Assembly (NCBI RefSeq): GCF_039654945.1
Contig: NW_027361704.1
Coordinates: forward strand, 42,036,001-42,100,000
Direction of reading: 5' to 3'
Source of the DNA: Dendrobates tinctorius
Taxonomy: Eukaryota
DNA length: 64,000 bases
The notes beneath the pieces were generated by a model. That model saw only the letters and a list, made by a program, of their open reading frames with translations. It did no database searches and had not been told where the DNA came from. The position numbers and the translations under genes were made by a program. Below are positions 50,047 through 60,947 of this stretch, piece after piece (the first letter of the stretch is position 1; each line of letters starts with the position of its first letter).

Positions 50047-51826
50047 TACTTACATTTCTTATTTTCTGGAAGGAAGAGTAGCTCTGCAGCACAAACAGCT
50101 GATCTAACAACTGCTGTCATGGGTTCCGGAAAAACCGGCTACCGGTAAGTAACCATTGTGGTTTTCCCTTCACCCATGACAGCACCACCTGAGAGATTTT
50201 TGGAGATTCGAAACACCTTAGGGAGGGACCACCGCTTGCAGCACCCTTCTACCAAAGGTTGTCAGCAGAGGAGGATAGATTTAATCTATAGTGCTTAAAG
50301 AAGGTTGAAGGTGAGGCCCAGGTAGCGGCCTTACAAATCTGTTCGATCGATACCTTTGCTTTTTCGGCCCAGGAGGTCGCCACAGCTCTGGTGGAATGAG
50401 CCTTGATGCCGTCAGGAATCGGGATACCACTAGCTGTGTAGGCTACACTAATGACCTCCCTAATCCATCTAGCAATAGTCCCTTTTGAAACCCCATCGCC
50501 TTTCCTGGCACCCTGAAAAGCTACGAATAGGGACTGGGACCTCCTCCACTGGCTAGTCATAGATATGTATTCTACGAGAGCTCTCTTAACATCCAGATTA
50601 TGGAACTTTTCCTCCCCCAGATTTTTTGGGTTCTCGCAGAAAGATGGAAGGACAATTTCCTAGCCCCGATGGAAATCTGATGCTACCTTGGGCAGATAAG
50701 CGGGGTCTGTTCTTAACACTACCCTATCCTGAAAGACTTGCGTATAAGGTGGATTTACTGAGAGAGCCTGTAAATCGCTTATCCTGCGGGCTGACGTGAG
50801 GGCCACTAACAGGATTGTTTTTAGGGTCAGAAACTTTAGGGGTAGCTGATGTAATGGCTCATACGGATCTTTTGTAAGGGCCTCTAGCACTAGGTTTAAA
50901 TCCCAGGGGGCTATCCGGGGTATTGGGATAGGCCTAGCTCTATGGCAGGATTTAATAAACCTGGCTACCCATCTATTTGATGCCAATTTTCAGTTGTAGT
51001 GCAGACACCTGAACTTTAAGTGTGTTCACTGCTAACCCCATCTGCAACCCCGATTGTAAGAACTCCAGGATGGCATTAATCGGGGGATCTTTCCCTAACG
51101 CCCTACCTAAGAACTGCAGGAACTTATTCCATGTTCTGCCGTAGATGTTAGTCGTCACTGGTTTCCTACTCTTTAGCAGGGTGCCCACCAACCCGGGGGA
51201 GAACCCTCTATTCGTTAAAAGCGACCTTTCAAATTCCACGCCGTCAGATGGAATCCTTTGACCTGAGCGTGGAATATTGGACCTTGAGCTAGTAGGTCCG
51301 GGATTTCTGGTAGAACCCATGGATCGGAGAGGGACAACCTTCGTAGCAGAGCAAACCAGGGCCTTTTTGGCCAAAATGGAGCTATTAGAATCACCCTGGC
51401 CTGATCGTTTCTGATTTTTCTGACAACTGTTGGGATCAGAGCCACTGGGGGGGAATGCATAAGCTAGCCTGAAGTTCCACTGGATGTGCAATGAGTCCAC
51501 TGCCCATGGATTTTCTCTCGGGTTTAGAGAGCAGAACCTTTCTGTTTGCCTGTTGTGTTTGTTGGCAAAGAGGTCTATCACCGGTTAACCCCAAAGCTGA
51601 GTTATTTTTTGAAAAATGGACCGGTTTAGCGCCCATTCCCCCTGCTTCAGGGTATTGCGACTCAAGAAGTCTGCCTCTATGTTTTCTGCCCCTTTTACTG
51701 TATATGTAAGACTGTCAAGGAGTGTAGGTGTTCTTCTGCTCTGCTCAGAATGTCTGTCGCCGCTTCCATTAAGGAGTGTGATCTTGTCCCTCCTTGGTGG
51801 TTGATGTATGCCACTACTACCTTGTT

Positions 51827-52176
51827 AAGATGAGGATGAATGAACTCATGGAGATCAACATCCAACACTGCGGAGACACCATCACGTGTTTCTCAACGCA
51901 GTGATTCTAGAGCACTGCCCCATCCCTTATGGGAAATATGCAAAACATGCACAGTCTTTTACTAGGCATTGCTCCTACCAGCCAGTTTCCTACTCCACAC
52001 TGATGAGGGGCAATACCCCGAAACAGCTGTCTGTGGATGGATACCATGTTTTGGCATAGGTGGTTTCCTTCATAGGAGACTGCCCTTCCCGTGGTTGTTC
52101 CTTCCCGGGGAAAGACCTGGCTGGTCATTGCTTGCGTTGAGAAACATGTGATGGTGTCTCCGCGGCTTCTGTTTTG
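51827..52176 (+). mobile_element. 350-bp hammerhead-ribozyme-bearing retroelement (retrozyme-like) with a 15-bp TSD
   Basis: TSD CACTACTACCTTGTT at 51812-51826 and 52177-52191. Removing the insert restores DIRS RNase H SDNKVVVAYINHQGGTRS. Confidence 0.9.
51994..52037 (+). ncRNA. Type I hammerhead ribozyme, predicted cleavage after GUC at 52031
   Basis: Stem I UCCACA/UGUGGA, core CUGAUGA, stem II GGGG-CAAUA-CCCC, GAAA, minimal stem III with palindromic ACAGCUGU, then GUC. Confidence 0.9.
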
Positions 52177-52455
52177 CACTACTACCTTGTTGTCTGACAT
52201 GATGCGTACATTTCGACCCTGGAGTAGCGGAATGAAATGATTTAGGGCCTTGCTCACTGCCCACAGTTCTCTCAGGTTGGAGGATGCTTCCCCTTCTTGA
52301 CGCGTCCAGGAACCCTGACCTATGATGCCCCTTAGGTGTGCCAAACGGAAGAGCCCTGAACTGAAAGTGCCTTAGCGTGCCTTGAATATAAAGTGCTATC
52401 CTCAAGTATTTCTGGTAATCTGGGTGGATAGGGATGTGATAATACGCATCCTTTA

Positions 52456-53392
52456 GGCTAAGTGCACACGTACCGGAACTCTTGCGGAAATTACCGCGAG
52501 AATTCCGGAATTCCAGTCCGCGGGAAATTCGCATTTTAAATTCCCGCGATTTTCCCGCGGAAAAACTAGCATTTTGCAAGCGTAATTAGCTTGCAAAATG
52601 CTAGCGTTTTCCAAGCGATCTGTGGCATCGCTTGGAGAACTGATTGACAGGTTGGTCACACTCGTCAAACAATGTTTGACGAGTGTGACCAACTTTTTAC
52701 TACTGAGGCTGCCTATGCGGCATCAGTAGTAAAAGATAGTATGTAAAAAAAAAAAAACGGTGTTATTCTCACCCTCCAACGTCCCGCGCATCCGTTCCCA
52801 GTAATCCTTTGCGAAAATGCCCGCGATGACGTCAGTTCTCGCGGGATCGCGACGTCTCGCGGTTATTCGCGATGACGTCGCGCGAATGACCGCGAGACTT
52901 TGCGATCCCGCGAGAAGGGACGTCATCGCGAGCATTTTCGCAAAGGACTACTGGGAACAAGAGTGTGAAGAGAAGCGGGAAGGCTGTGCGGGACGTCGGA
53001 GGGTGAGAATAACAATATTTTTATTTTAAATTCAATTTTTTACAGGGATATGGTACCCAAAGCCCGGAGGACAGTCTTCTCTCCTCCGGACCATGGGTAC
53101 CATCCGCAATTGTTCTGCTTACTTTCCGCATGGTGTACACAGCCACATGTGGGAAATAAGCGGAACAATGCATTCCTATGGGTGCGGGATGGCCGCGATT
53201 CCGCAAATCAATGAGCATGCTGCGGTTTTTACCGCGAAGCGATTCCGCCGCGGTAAAAACCGCAGCATTAGCACAGCATTGCAGAATCCAATAGGAATGC
53301 ATGGGATGCTTATTTTTCACGTTTTCGTGGCAAAATCGCGCGGTTAAAACCGCTGCGGAAACGCGAAAAAAACGCCACGTGTGAACTCAGCC
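52456..53392. mobile_element. Harbinger-type MITE inserted in the element B RT
   Basis: TTA|GGCTAAGTGCACACGT...ACGTGTGAACTCAGCC|TTA; removal restores V-D-L-K-D-A. Confidence 0.88.
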
Positions 53393-56300
53393 TTAAATCG
53401 ACCATGGCCATGAAGCAATCTTGGTGTAGCAGCTTCACCGCCGTAGTTACTGATTCCATCTTGAAGGTCGAGTTCCTTATCCATAGATTGAGCCGTTTGA
53501 GATTTATGATTGTCCTGAAAGTTTGATCGGGTTTTTTTTATCAGAAAAAGGGGTGAATAAAACCCCTTCCCTTCCTGTAGGCGTGGTACCTCGGAGAGTA
53601 CCCGCTTGTCTATCAGGCTCAGGATCTCTGTTTCTAAGGCCACCTGCTCTTCGGTCACCTTCCTGATGGGTGTGATGACGACCACGGATTTTGGCTGACG
53701 GATGAAGGGAATTTTCAGGCCTTCTGTCAGGATGGTTAGGATCCAGGCGTTGGAGGAGATCATCTCCCAGGTTTGGAAAAAGAGTGCCAATCTCCCCCCC
53801 ACTGGAATACTGGCGTCACTGTGGCGACTTTTTTGAGGTGGAGGTACCTCCACCAAACATAAATCCCGATTCTTTTTTTCTTTTATCCTCCCATCTTCTC
53901 CTGTCAGCGGGAGGGCGCCCCCTATTGAATCTCCCCCTCCGAAAGGGCTGTCTCCTCTGATCCATAGGGAATCTGGGGAAGCCTTTTTTCTTATCGCCTG
54001 CTTTCTCCAGTATATCGTCCAAGTTCTTGCCGAACAAGAATCGACCGTCGCAGGGGAGAGAGCATAATTTGGCCTTGGACTGGAGGTCACCCGGACAGCC
54101 CTTAAGCCATAACGCGCGTCTAGCAGCATTTGATAGTGATGCTGCCCTGGCTGTCATCCGCATAGAGTCCGCCGAGGTATCGGCCAAAAAAGCTGCTGCC
54201 CCGTGCAAGAGATACATCTCCGATAAGATTTTCTCTCTTGGGACCCTTGAAGCCAGCTTTTCTTCTAACTGCTGCAGCCAGATCATGAGGGAGCATGCCG
54301 TACAAGTACCCGCTATTGCCGGCTTTAGTCCTCCTGCTGTCGCTTCCCATGCGTGCCTCAAATATGAGTCCGCCTTTTTGTCTAGTGGGTCTCTAAGAAC
54401 CCCTGCGTCTTCCAGGGGCAGGGCCGACCTTTTGGAGGATCTGGACACCGCTGCATCTATTTTGGGGATTTTGTCCCATATCTCTGCATCCTTATGCTTT
54501 TGAAAGTGGATGGAAGGGCCCCCGATTTTTCGGGCTTTTTCCACTCCTTCTCAATAAGTGCCTGGATCTTCTCGTTTACCGGAAAGGTCCGTTTTTTCCT
54601 CTCCTGAAGCCCCCCAAACATAACATCCTCTAGGGTTTTAGCCGCCTTTTCTTCCTGTAGGCCCATTGTAGCTCTAATGGCCTTTAGGAGGGCGTCTGTG
54701 TCTTCTACAGGGAAACATGGTTTACCCCCCATGTCGCTGTCTGAGGAGTCTGAGGAGGATGATTTTTCCGCCTGAGATGACATTGACGCGGAATCCGAGG
54801 GGGAACTAGGGGGATCCTTCCTGTTTTTTTTCTCTTTTTTCAATAGGGACTTAATTGAGCCTTCCATTTCTGACCTTAGGGCAGATATCAGATTGGCTGC
54901 GAAACTAGGCGCTTCCTCCGCCATAGTCCGCTGAATGCACGCAGCACAGAGATCTTTTTGCCAATCTCTTGCTAGGGGAGATTTACATATAGCACAATCC
55001 CTATTGTTCTTCTTGCTTCCCGCTTTCCTAGGCCTTTCCTACAGGGTGAAGCATACAACAGAAGCCCTTTAACATATGCTAACATTCACGAAGATCACTC
55101 ACCTCCCGAAATCAAGGGTACCGGACTCGGAGGCTGCGTCGGGGCACGTGACCTGCGTTCTTTGGATCTTGCTGAATCCCCCGACCTGCGGCTGGGGCGA
55201 CTGCTGCTGGAATGGCTTCCATGCTTTCTGCCAGAGGGCTGAGAGGGAGGCAGGGACGCTGAACGTTCCTGCTCTGACTCCATGTTGCACCACCGTCTGC
55301 TGCCGCCTTCTCTTTAAATACCATGCCTCCGCTCAGGTGAGCGTCTCTCCCCTCCCCCCTGCGACCGCCGGCCGCCTTTTCAAGAAGCCGGCCGGCGTCG
55401 CACCCGGCGCCATTAAACCGTCGCCCTTCTCTGACGTCAGCCGGCGCACCCAGCATGCAATGCGCCGCTGACGTCAGCGGCCGGAAGAAGCCAGCGTCTC
55501 TCCCCTGCTATGGGGATCGAGATGCGGTGTGCGCGAGGGGAGGGCGGCGCGGTGGGGGATCCCACCGACGCCCGCACGAACCCGGAACCCCAGAGGGCCC
55601 GGGGACTGCACATCCAGCACCCGACGGCCGGCGCTGCAGGTGAGACACCTGTTCTTCCTGCGCCGGGACGGGGCTGGGTCCATTTCCTTCGCCCATGACA
55701 GGCACCGCCAACAGTGGGGTTCCTTCCAGGACAGGAACCCAACTGAAGCGGGGGAGAGGTGCCGCCCCTTATATCTCAGTAGGTTCCTGTCCTGGCGGGG
55801 CGGATCCCTCTCTCAGGTGGTGCTGTCATGGGTGAAGGGAAAATAAAGATATTTACGAGCATGGATCGAGATGGAGATTTTTCAACAGTACTCCGTTTTG
55901 TCTATTTTTGTACCTTAACCCCATTTATTTTGGCTGTAATACTAATCAGCCCACATACCGGAGTGACATCATTTCTACAAAAACTATATTTTCCCTCTTT
56001 CTACTGAATATTAAAATATTAATGCATTTTTTACAAGATTTTCAATGCTGATCCTATCAGTTTCACCATCTGTTTATAGCCCTAATCCAGACAATATCAT
56101 CTGGGTCAAAACTATGAAATGATGTAATTTGCAGCATCCAAACTTTCAGCTGACATCAGAAAGAGGGATGATTTCCTGTCAAGATCCCATTCACTTTCTG
56201 AAATCCATTCATTACATCCAGTCCTAGAAGCGTCTACACCAAAACACAATCATTCTTCAATTTACAATTCCCCTCTATCCAGCAGAACGGCCCTGCTTAC

Positions 56301-56729
56301 ATCTGAAAGTATTTTCCTGCAAATACCTCCCAATGTCCATGATCTCAAGGCCCTGATCTTCTCCATAACTCCCATCTGCTGATGGAGCATACAGAGCTTC
56401 TGAGTCTGGCAGGCATTTCAATAACGGCACAATTTTCCATGCGTGTTATCAATGAGCGGACAGAAATGAGCAAAATGCAGTCATTTAATTGGCATCATAT
56501 GTGGATCACAAATGAAGAACACCCTACTGTATGATCACTATCATGGAGTCATGTATCGCTGATTGTAACCGATACAGTGTCCTTAAGTGGAACCAGCAAC
56601 TGCCGAGAAGCCACATGGTATTGCTTTACAAACATACATATCAATGTGGAGGCACCAATCACTAGTTTTACCTTCTCTTTGCCCTTTTTCAGCATTCTGT
56701 GTTACTGTGAATACAGAATACACAAGGCA

Positions 56730-57381
56730 TAATCATTTATTGACATTGGGCACTGAGACCATCCTCATGGAGTCGGTTTCTAATCGTTTGTGCAGACACA
56801 TGCATATTTGTGACCTGCTGGAGATCATTTTGAAGGGCTCTGGCAGTGCTCCTCCTGTTCCTCCTTGCACAAAGGCTGAGGTAGCGGTCCTGCTGATGGG
56901 TTGTTGCCCTCCTATGACCCCCTCCACGTCTCCTGGTGTACTGGCCTGTCTCCTGGTACTGCCTCCAGCCTCAGGACACTACACTGACAGACCCAGCACA
57001 GCTTCTTGCCACAGCTCGCATTGATGTGCCATCCAGGATGAGCTGCACTACCTGAGCCACTTGTGTGGGTTGTAGAGTCCGTCTCATGCTACCACAAGTG
57101 TGAAAGCACAACCAACATTCAAAAGTGACCAAAACACCAGCCAGAAAGCATTGGTACTGAGATGTGGTCTGTGGTCCCCACCTGCAGAATCACTCCTTTA
57201 TTGAGGGTGTCTTGATAATTGCCAATAATTTCCATCTGTTGTCTATTCCATTTGCACAACAGCATGTGAAATAGATTGTCAATCAGTGTTGCTTCCTAAG
57301 TGGACAGTTTGATTTCACAAAAGTTTGATTTACTTGGAGTTATATTCTGTTGTTTAAGTGTTCCCTTTATTTTTTTGAGCA

Positions 57382-57384
<3 letters not shown>
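56730..57384 (-). mobile_element. Tc1-like element 5' fragment
   Basis: Minus-strand terminus CACTGCTCAAAAAAATAAAGGGAACAC next to (TA)n, followed by a decayed N-terminal transposase region. Confidence 0.65.

Positions 57385-57386
<2 letters not shown>

Positions 57387-57440
<54 letters not shown>
57387..57440. repeat. (TA)n microsatellite
   Basis: ~27 TA units. Confidence 0.95.
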
Positions 57441-57444
<4 letters not shown>

Positions 57445-57832
57445 ATCGATTATTATTATTATTATTTTATCGATTATTCAATGAGATATGTAGGATTCCT
57501 GCTCTTCTATCCTCTTTTAGCATTTGTCCCATAACAGTAACAACAGCATGGAGGACATTTACAGCAGTACTAAACAGTGTAGCTGTGAATGCACCACTGG
57601 TATGAGATAAAACACTTACTAGAAAACAGCAGTGTTGTCTCAATGTGTTTTTCTGTACACTTCCCTCCTCCAATGCACACCTCCACTCCATCTCTCTCTG
57701 CAGAGCCCTACTCTTGGGACCCACAGTCCCATTCTTGGTATCGTTAGGGGCCCAGTAATCAGTAGGTCATTCCTTATCCTATGTACTTGGGATAAAGTTT
57801 TAATTGTTGAAATATCCATTTAACAAGGTCAC

Positions 57833-57964
57833 CTGGTTAAACGTCTTGAAGACAAACTCCTTGTAAATGGCATCCCTGGCAGTGATGTCTGCCCATCCTA
57901 AAGTCTGGAGTTCCTGGACTGCTTGCATTCTTTCTTCTGGAGTCAGTAAGTGAGCCTCTGATGT
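57833..57964 (-). CDS. PCBD2: Internal coding exon (exon 2 equivalent) of pterin-4-alpha-carbinolamine dehydratase 2 (DCoH2)
   Basis: 132 bp, phase 0/0, acceptor poly(T)CAG, donor GTGACC. Encodes TSEAHLLTPEERMQAVQELQTLGWADITARDAIYKEFVFKTFNQ. RDAIYKEF and FNQ match PCBD2 better than PCBD1 (RDAIFKQF/FNR), from recalled sequences. Confidence 0.88.
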
Positions 57965-58631
57965 CTGAAAAAAAAAAATACTCAATAAATTAATTGAAAT
58001 ATTGAGGGTGTATTCAAACATGCAGGTATTGTTGCATTATTTTTTTATTTGCCACTCCTGTCAATGGGTCAAAGTCCTCTTCTGCACCATTACCGCTCTG
58101 TGTAAAAGAAAAACCTCTAAATATAAATATAAAGGGGTTTTCTCATAGATAAGGTTCATCATCTGTCATCTGGAAAGGTGAAAAATGTCTGATCCCTGGG
58201 GACCCAGAGCTGGACCCCACTGATGATTAGAACAAGAGTCCCAAGCCCCAGCATAACCGCAAGGAGTGCATGCTGTGCTCTGATTTAGGGTATGGTGGCT
58301 CAGGCCGAGATGCTGTAGATTATCTGGATGGAAAATCCAAAGTGTTCTTGGGTGGATTCACATGAGCCATGATATTACATTCCTAACAAATCTGTCACAA
58401 AAGCTGTACATTTCTTTAGTAATTGGGGTCCATGCACATATTAAATATTTGGAGCAGAAATTTCTACATCTCTCGGTAGAAAAAAACGCAGCTAAAAACA
58501 GGTGAATTTTGCTGCATTTTTTACATGAGTTTTTGGTGCAGATTTTTCCCCACTCATTAGTATGGGAGAAATCTTCAGCAAAAACTGAAATAATTGACAT
58601 GCTGCAGATTTCCATCCACAAGTCACAAATA

Positions 58632-58816
58632 GGCTGGGTTCACACTTGCGAGAACCTCGAATGAGTCTTGTACCTCAACACTGCCGCCGGCACTCGGACC
58701 GAAGCGTTCAGCTGCATAGAAATACATGCAGCTGCACACTCCGGTCCTGAGTGCTGGTGACAGTGCCGGGTATTGAGACGCGAGACTCAGAGTTTCTCGC
58801 AAGTGTGACCCCGGCC
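58632..58816. mobile_element. Small palindromic Harbinger-type MITE
   Basis: GGCTGGGTTCACACTTGCGAGAA / TTCTCGCAAGTGTGACCCCGGCC; 3-bp ATA flanks. Confidence 0.7.
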
Positions 58817-59015
58817 ATAAGCAAAGTATACATGAGGCTTCAGGATTCTCATTCACTTGATGGTATCCGGAAACCCTTCAGGTTCTGTGGCGTCTGGGCA
58901 GAAGAAAAAGAGACAAATCTGCAACGTGTAGGCTTCAATATTGCTGCAAATCCAAGTAAAAATCCATGACACTTGCCACTCACCCATGATTTGCATAAAA
59001 ATGTCATGTACTTTA

Positions 59016-59861
59016 GGCCCCTTTCACACATCAGTTTTTTGCCATCAGTCGCAATCCGTTGAATTAAAAAAAAAACTGATCCAGCAACTGCTGCTGCAGG
59101 TTCCGTTTTTTTCTCATCTACTTGTATTAGCGATAGATTGGGACGGATTGCCTCACGTTTCAGCCGTCGTTTGCCACATCCGTCGAAAATTGTTTGTCTG
59201 GCGGCCGGAGACGGACAAAGTACCGTTTTTTGTCTACGTTGAAAAATCGGACAGCGATGGATCCATCGCTCTCCGTCTTTTGTTTGAATGGAAGCCTATG
59301 GGCGCCGGCTCCGTCGTAACCCGTCAAATGACGGAATCTGGCGACGGATTCCGGTTCTTTAACTGTGCATGCTCCGATTACTATCTCCACCCCAAACTAT
59401 CTTAATTTATAATTCTTTAATAAATAAAAACATTTCTTTTTATAAAAAGTTTTATTGTCTTTCATTTATTTAATAAGGTACAATACTTGGGGTAACAAGG
59501 TACAATACTTGGGGTAACAAGGTACAATACTTGGGGTAACAAGGTACAATACTTGGGGTAACAAGGTACAATACTTGGGGTAACAAGGTACAATACTTGG
59601 GGTAACAAGGTACAATACTTGGGGTAACAAGGTACAATACTTGGGGTAACAAGGTACAATACTTGGGGTAACAAGGTACAATTCTTTGGTTAAAATAGAA
59701 AAAAATCATGGTTTAAAAAATGGATCCATCGAAAAACGGAAGAAACGGATGAAAAAAACTGATGTGACGGATACGGCTCATCAGTTTTTCACAATCTGCG
59801 ACGGATCCGTCGAGCCAACGGATTGTGACTGACCGCAAAAAACTGATGTGTGAAAGGGGCC
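59016..59861. mobile_element. Harbinger-type MITE containing a 22-bp minisatellite
   Basis: TTA|GGCCCCTTTCACACATCAGTTTTTTGC...GCAAAAAACTGATGTGTGAAAGGGGCC|TTA. Confidence 0.85.
59475..59681. repeat. Perfect 22-bp tandem repeat, ~9 copies
   Basis: AAGGTACAATACTTGGGGTAAC. Confidence 0.95.
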
Positions 59862-60329
59862 TTACTGGTAACAGTCAGCATGTAAATCTGCTGGGAATGC
59901 AAACACAAGATGCTGCTCCTCTGGTGGTTTCTGCAGGTACCAAAGGAGGAGACCTCCCAACTGTCATTACATGACCCCCCAGAGGAGAAGAAGCAAAGGG
60001 GTGGCATTTGCATCTATGGTATATGACCGATAAAGCCAGTGATTGGAAAAGGTAAAGAAATGACTACTGAAGCCAGAGACCGAGACCACAGTGGAGGTTT
60101 CAAGGGGTACAGTAAGTAATGCTCATTTATTTTTCAACATTTCCCACTTATTACACAATTTTGAAAAATACCATATAACCTCTTTTAAACTATTCCTGAT
60201 ATAGGACAAATAATATGCTCCATGGTAAATGCTGGTGTATGGAGCTGGCCCAGCAACTGAACCCACTACATCTATGGCGGGTGCTAGTACCGCCTCCCTG
60301 TGACAGACAACTGAGCAATATACATATAT

Positions 60330-60870
60330 CTGGAAAAAAATTATGAGACCACCACATCAAATCCCTGTCATGGGCAGCCCAATCTCCAGACCTGAACCCC
60401 ATTGAAAACCTTTGGAATGTAATCAAGAGGATGATGGATAGTCACAAGCCATCAAATAAAGAAGAACTGCTTACATTTTTGTGCCAGAAGCAGTGTGAAA
60501 GACTGGTGGAAAGCAGCCAAGATGCATGAAAGCTGTGATTAAAAATCATGGTTATGCCACAAAATATTGATTTCTGAACTCTTCCTGAGTTAAAACATTA
60601 GTATTGTTGTTTCTAAATGATTATGAACTTGCTTTCTTTGCATTATTTGAGGTCTGCAAGCACTGGGTTTTTTTTTGTTTTTTTTTTAATTTTGACCATT
60701 TTTCTTTGTCAGAAAAAAAAAATACAAAATGTACTGCTTGGAAATTCAGAGATGTCAGAAGTTTATAGACTAAAAGAACAATTTACATTGTACTCAAAAA
60801 TATACCTATAAAGAGAAAAATCAGACAAACTGAACATTTGAAGGTGGTCTCTTAATTTTTGCCAGGGCTG
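60330..60870 (+). mobile_element. Internally deleted Tc1-like element
   Basis: [18 protein letters not shown] remnant at ~60375-60430; terminus GTGGTCTCTTAATTTTTGCCAGGGCTG. Confidence 0.7.
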
Positions 60871-60947
60871 GCTGTATGCATATATACACACACACATATA
60901 TACAGTACATATACACACACAGTACATCTATATACACACAGTACATA

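Larger units (their letters stand above)
50112..55843 (-). mobile_element. DIRS1-like retrotransposon (element B): 3' ITR lost, internal deletion, two nested insertions
   Basis: ICR at ~50112-50195 and terminal repeat at ~55735-55843. YR (ALTSARRISDL, KAHSTRA, KHYRL), MTase-like (AYAFPP), RT (DLKDAYYHIPI, FRALPFG) and gag ORFs 53816-54924. Confidence 0.92.

Noticed and set aside
1-57832. Next PCBD2 exon (AFGFM...HHPEWFNVYNK)
   Set aside because: Not found by eye or in the ORF track; probably beyond the left edge. A TBLASTN would settle it.
59462-59709. Three overlapping minus-strand repetitive ORFs
   Set aside because: Artefact of the 22-bp tandem repeat.
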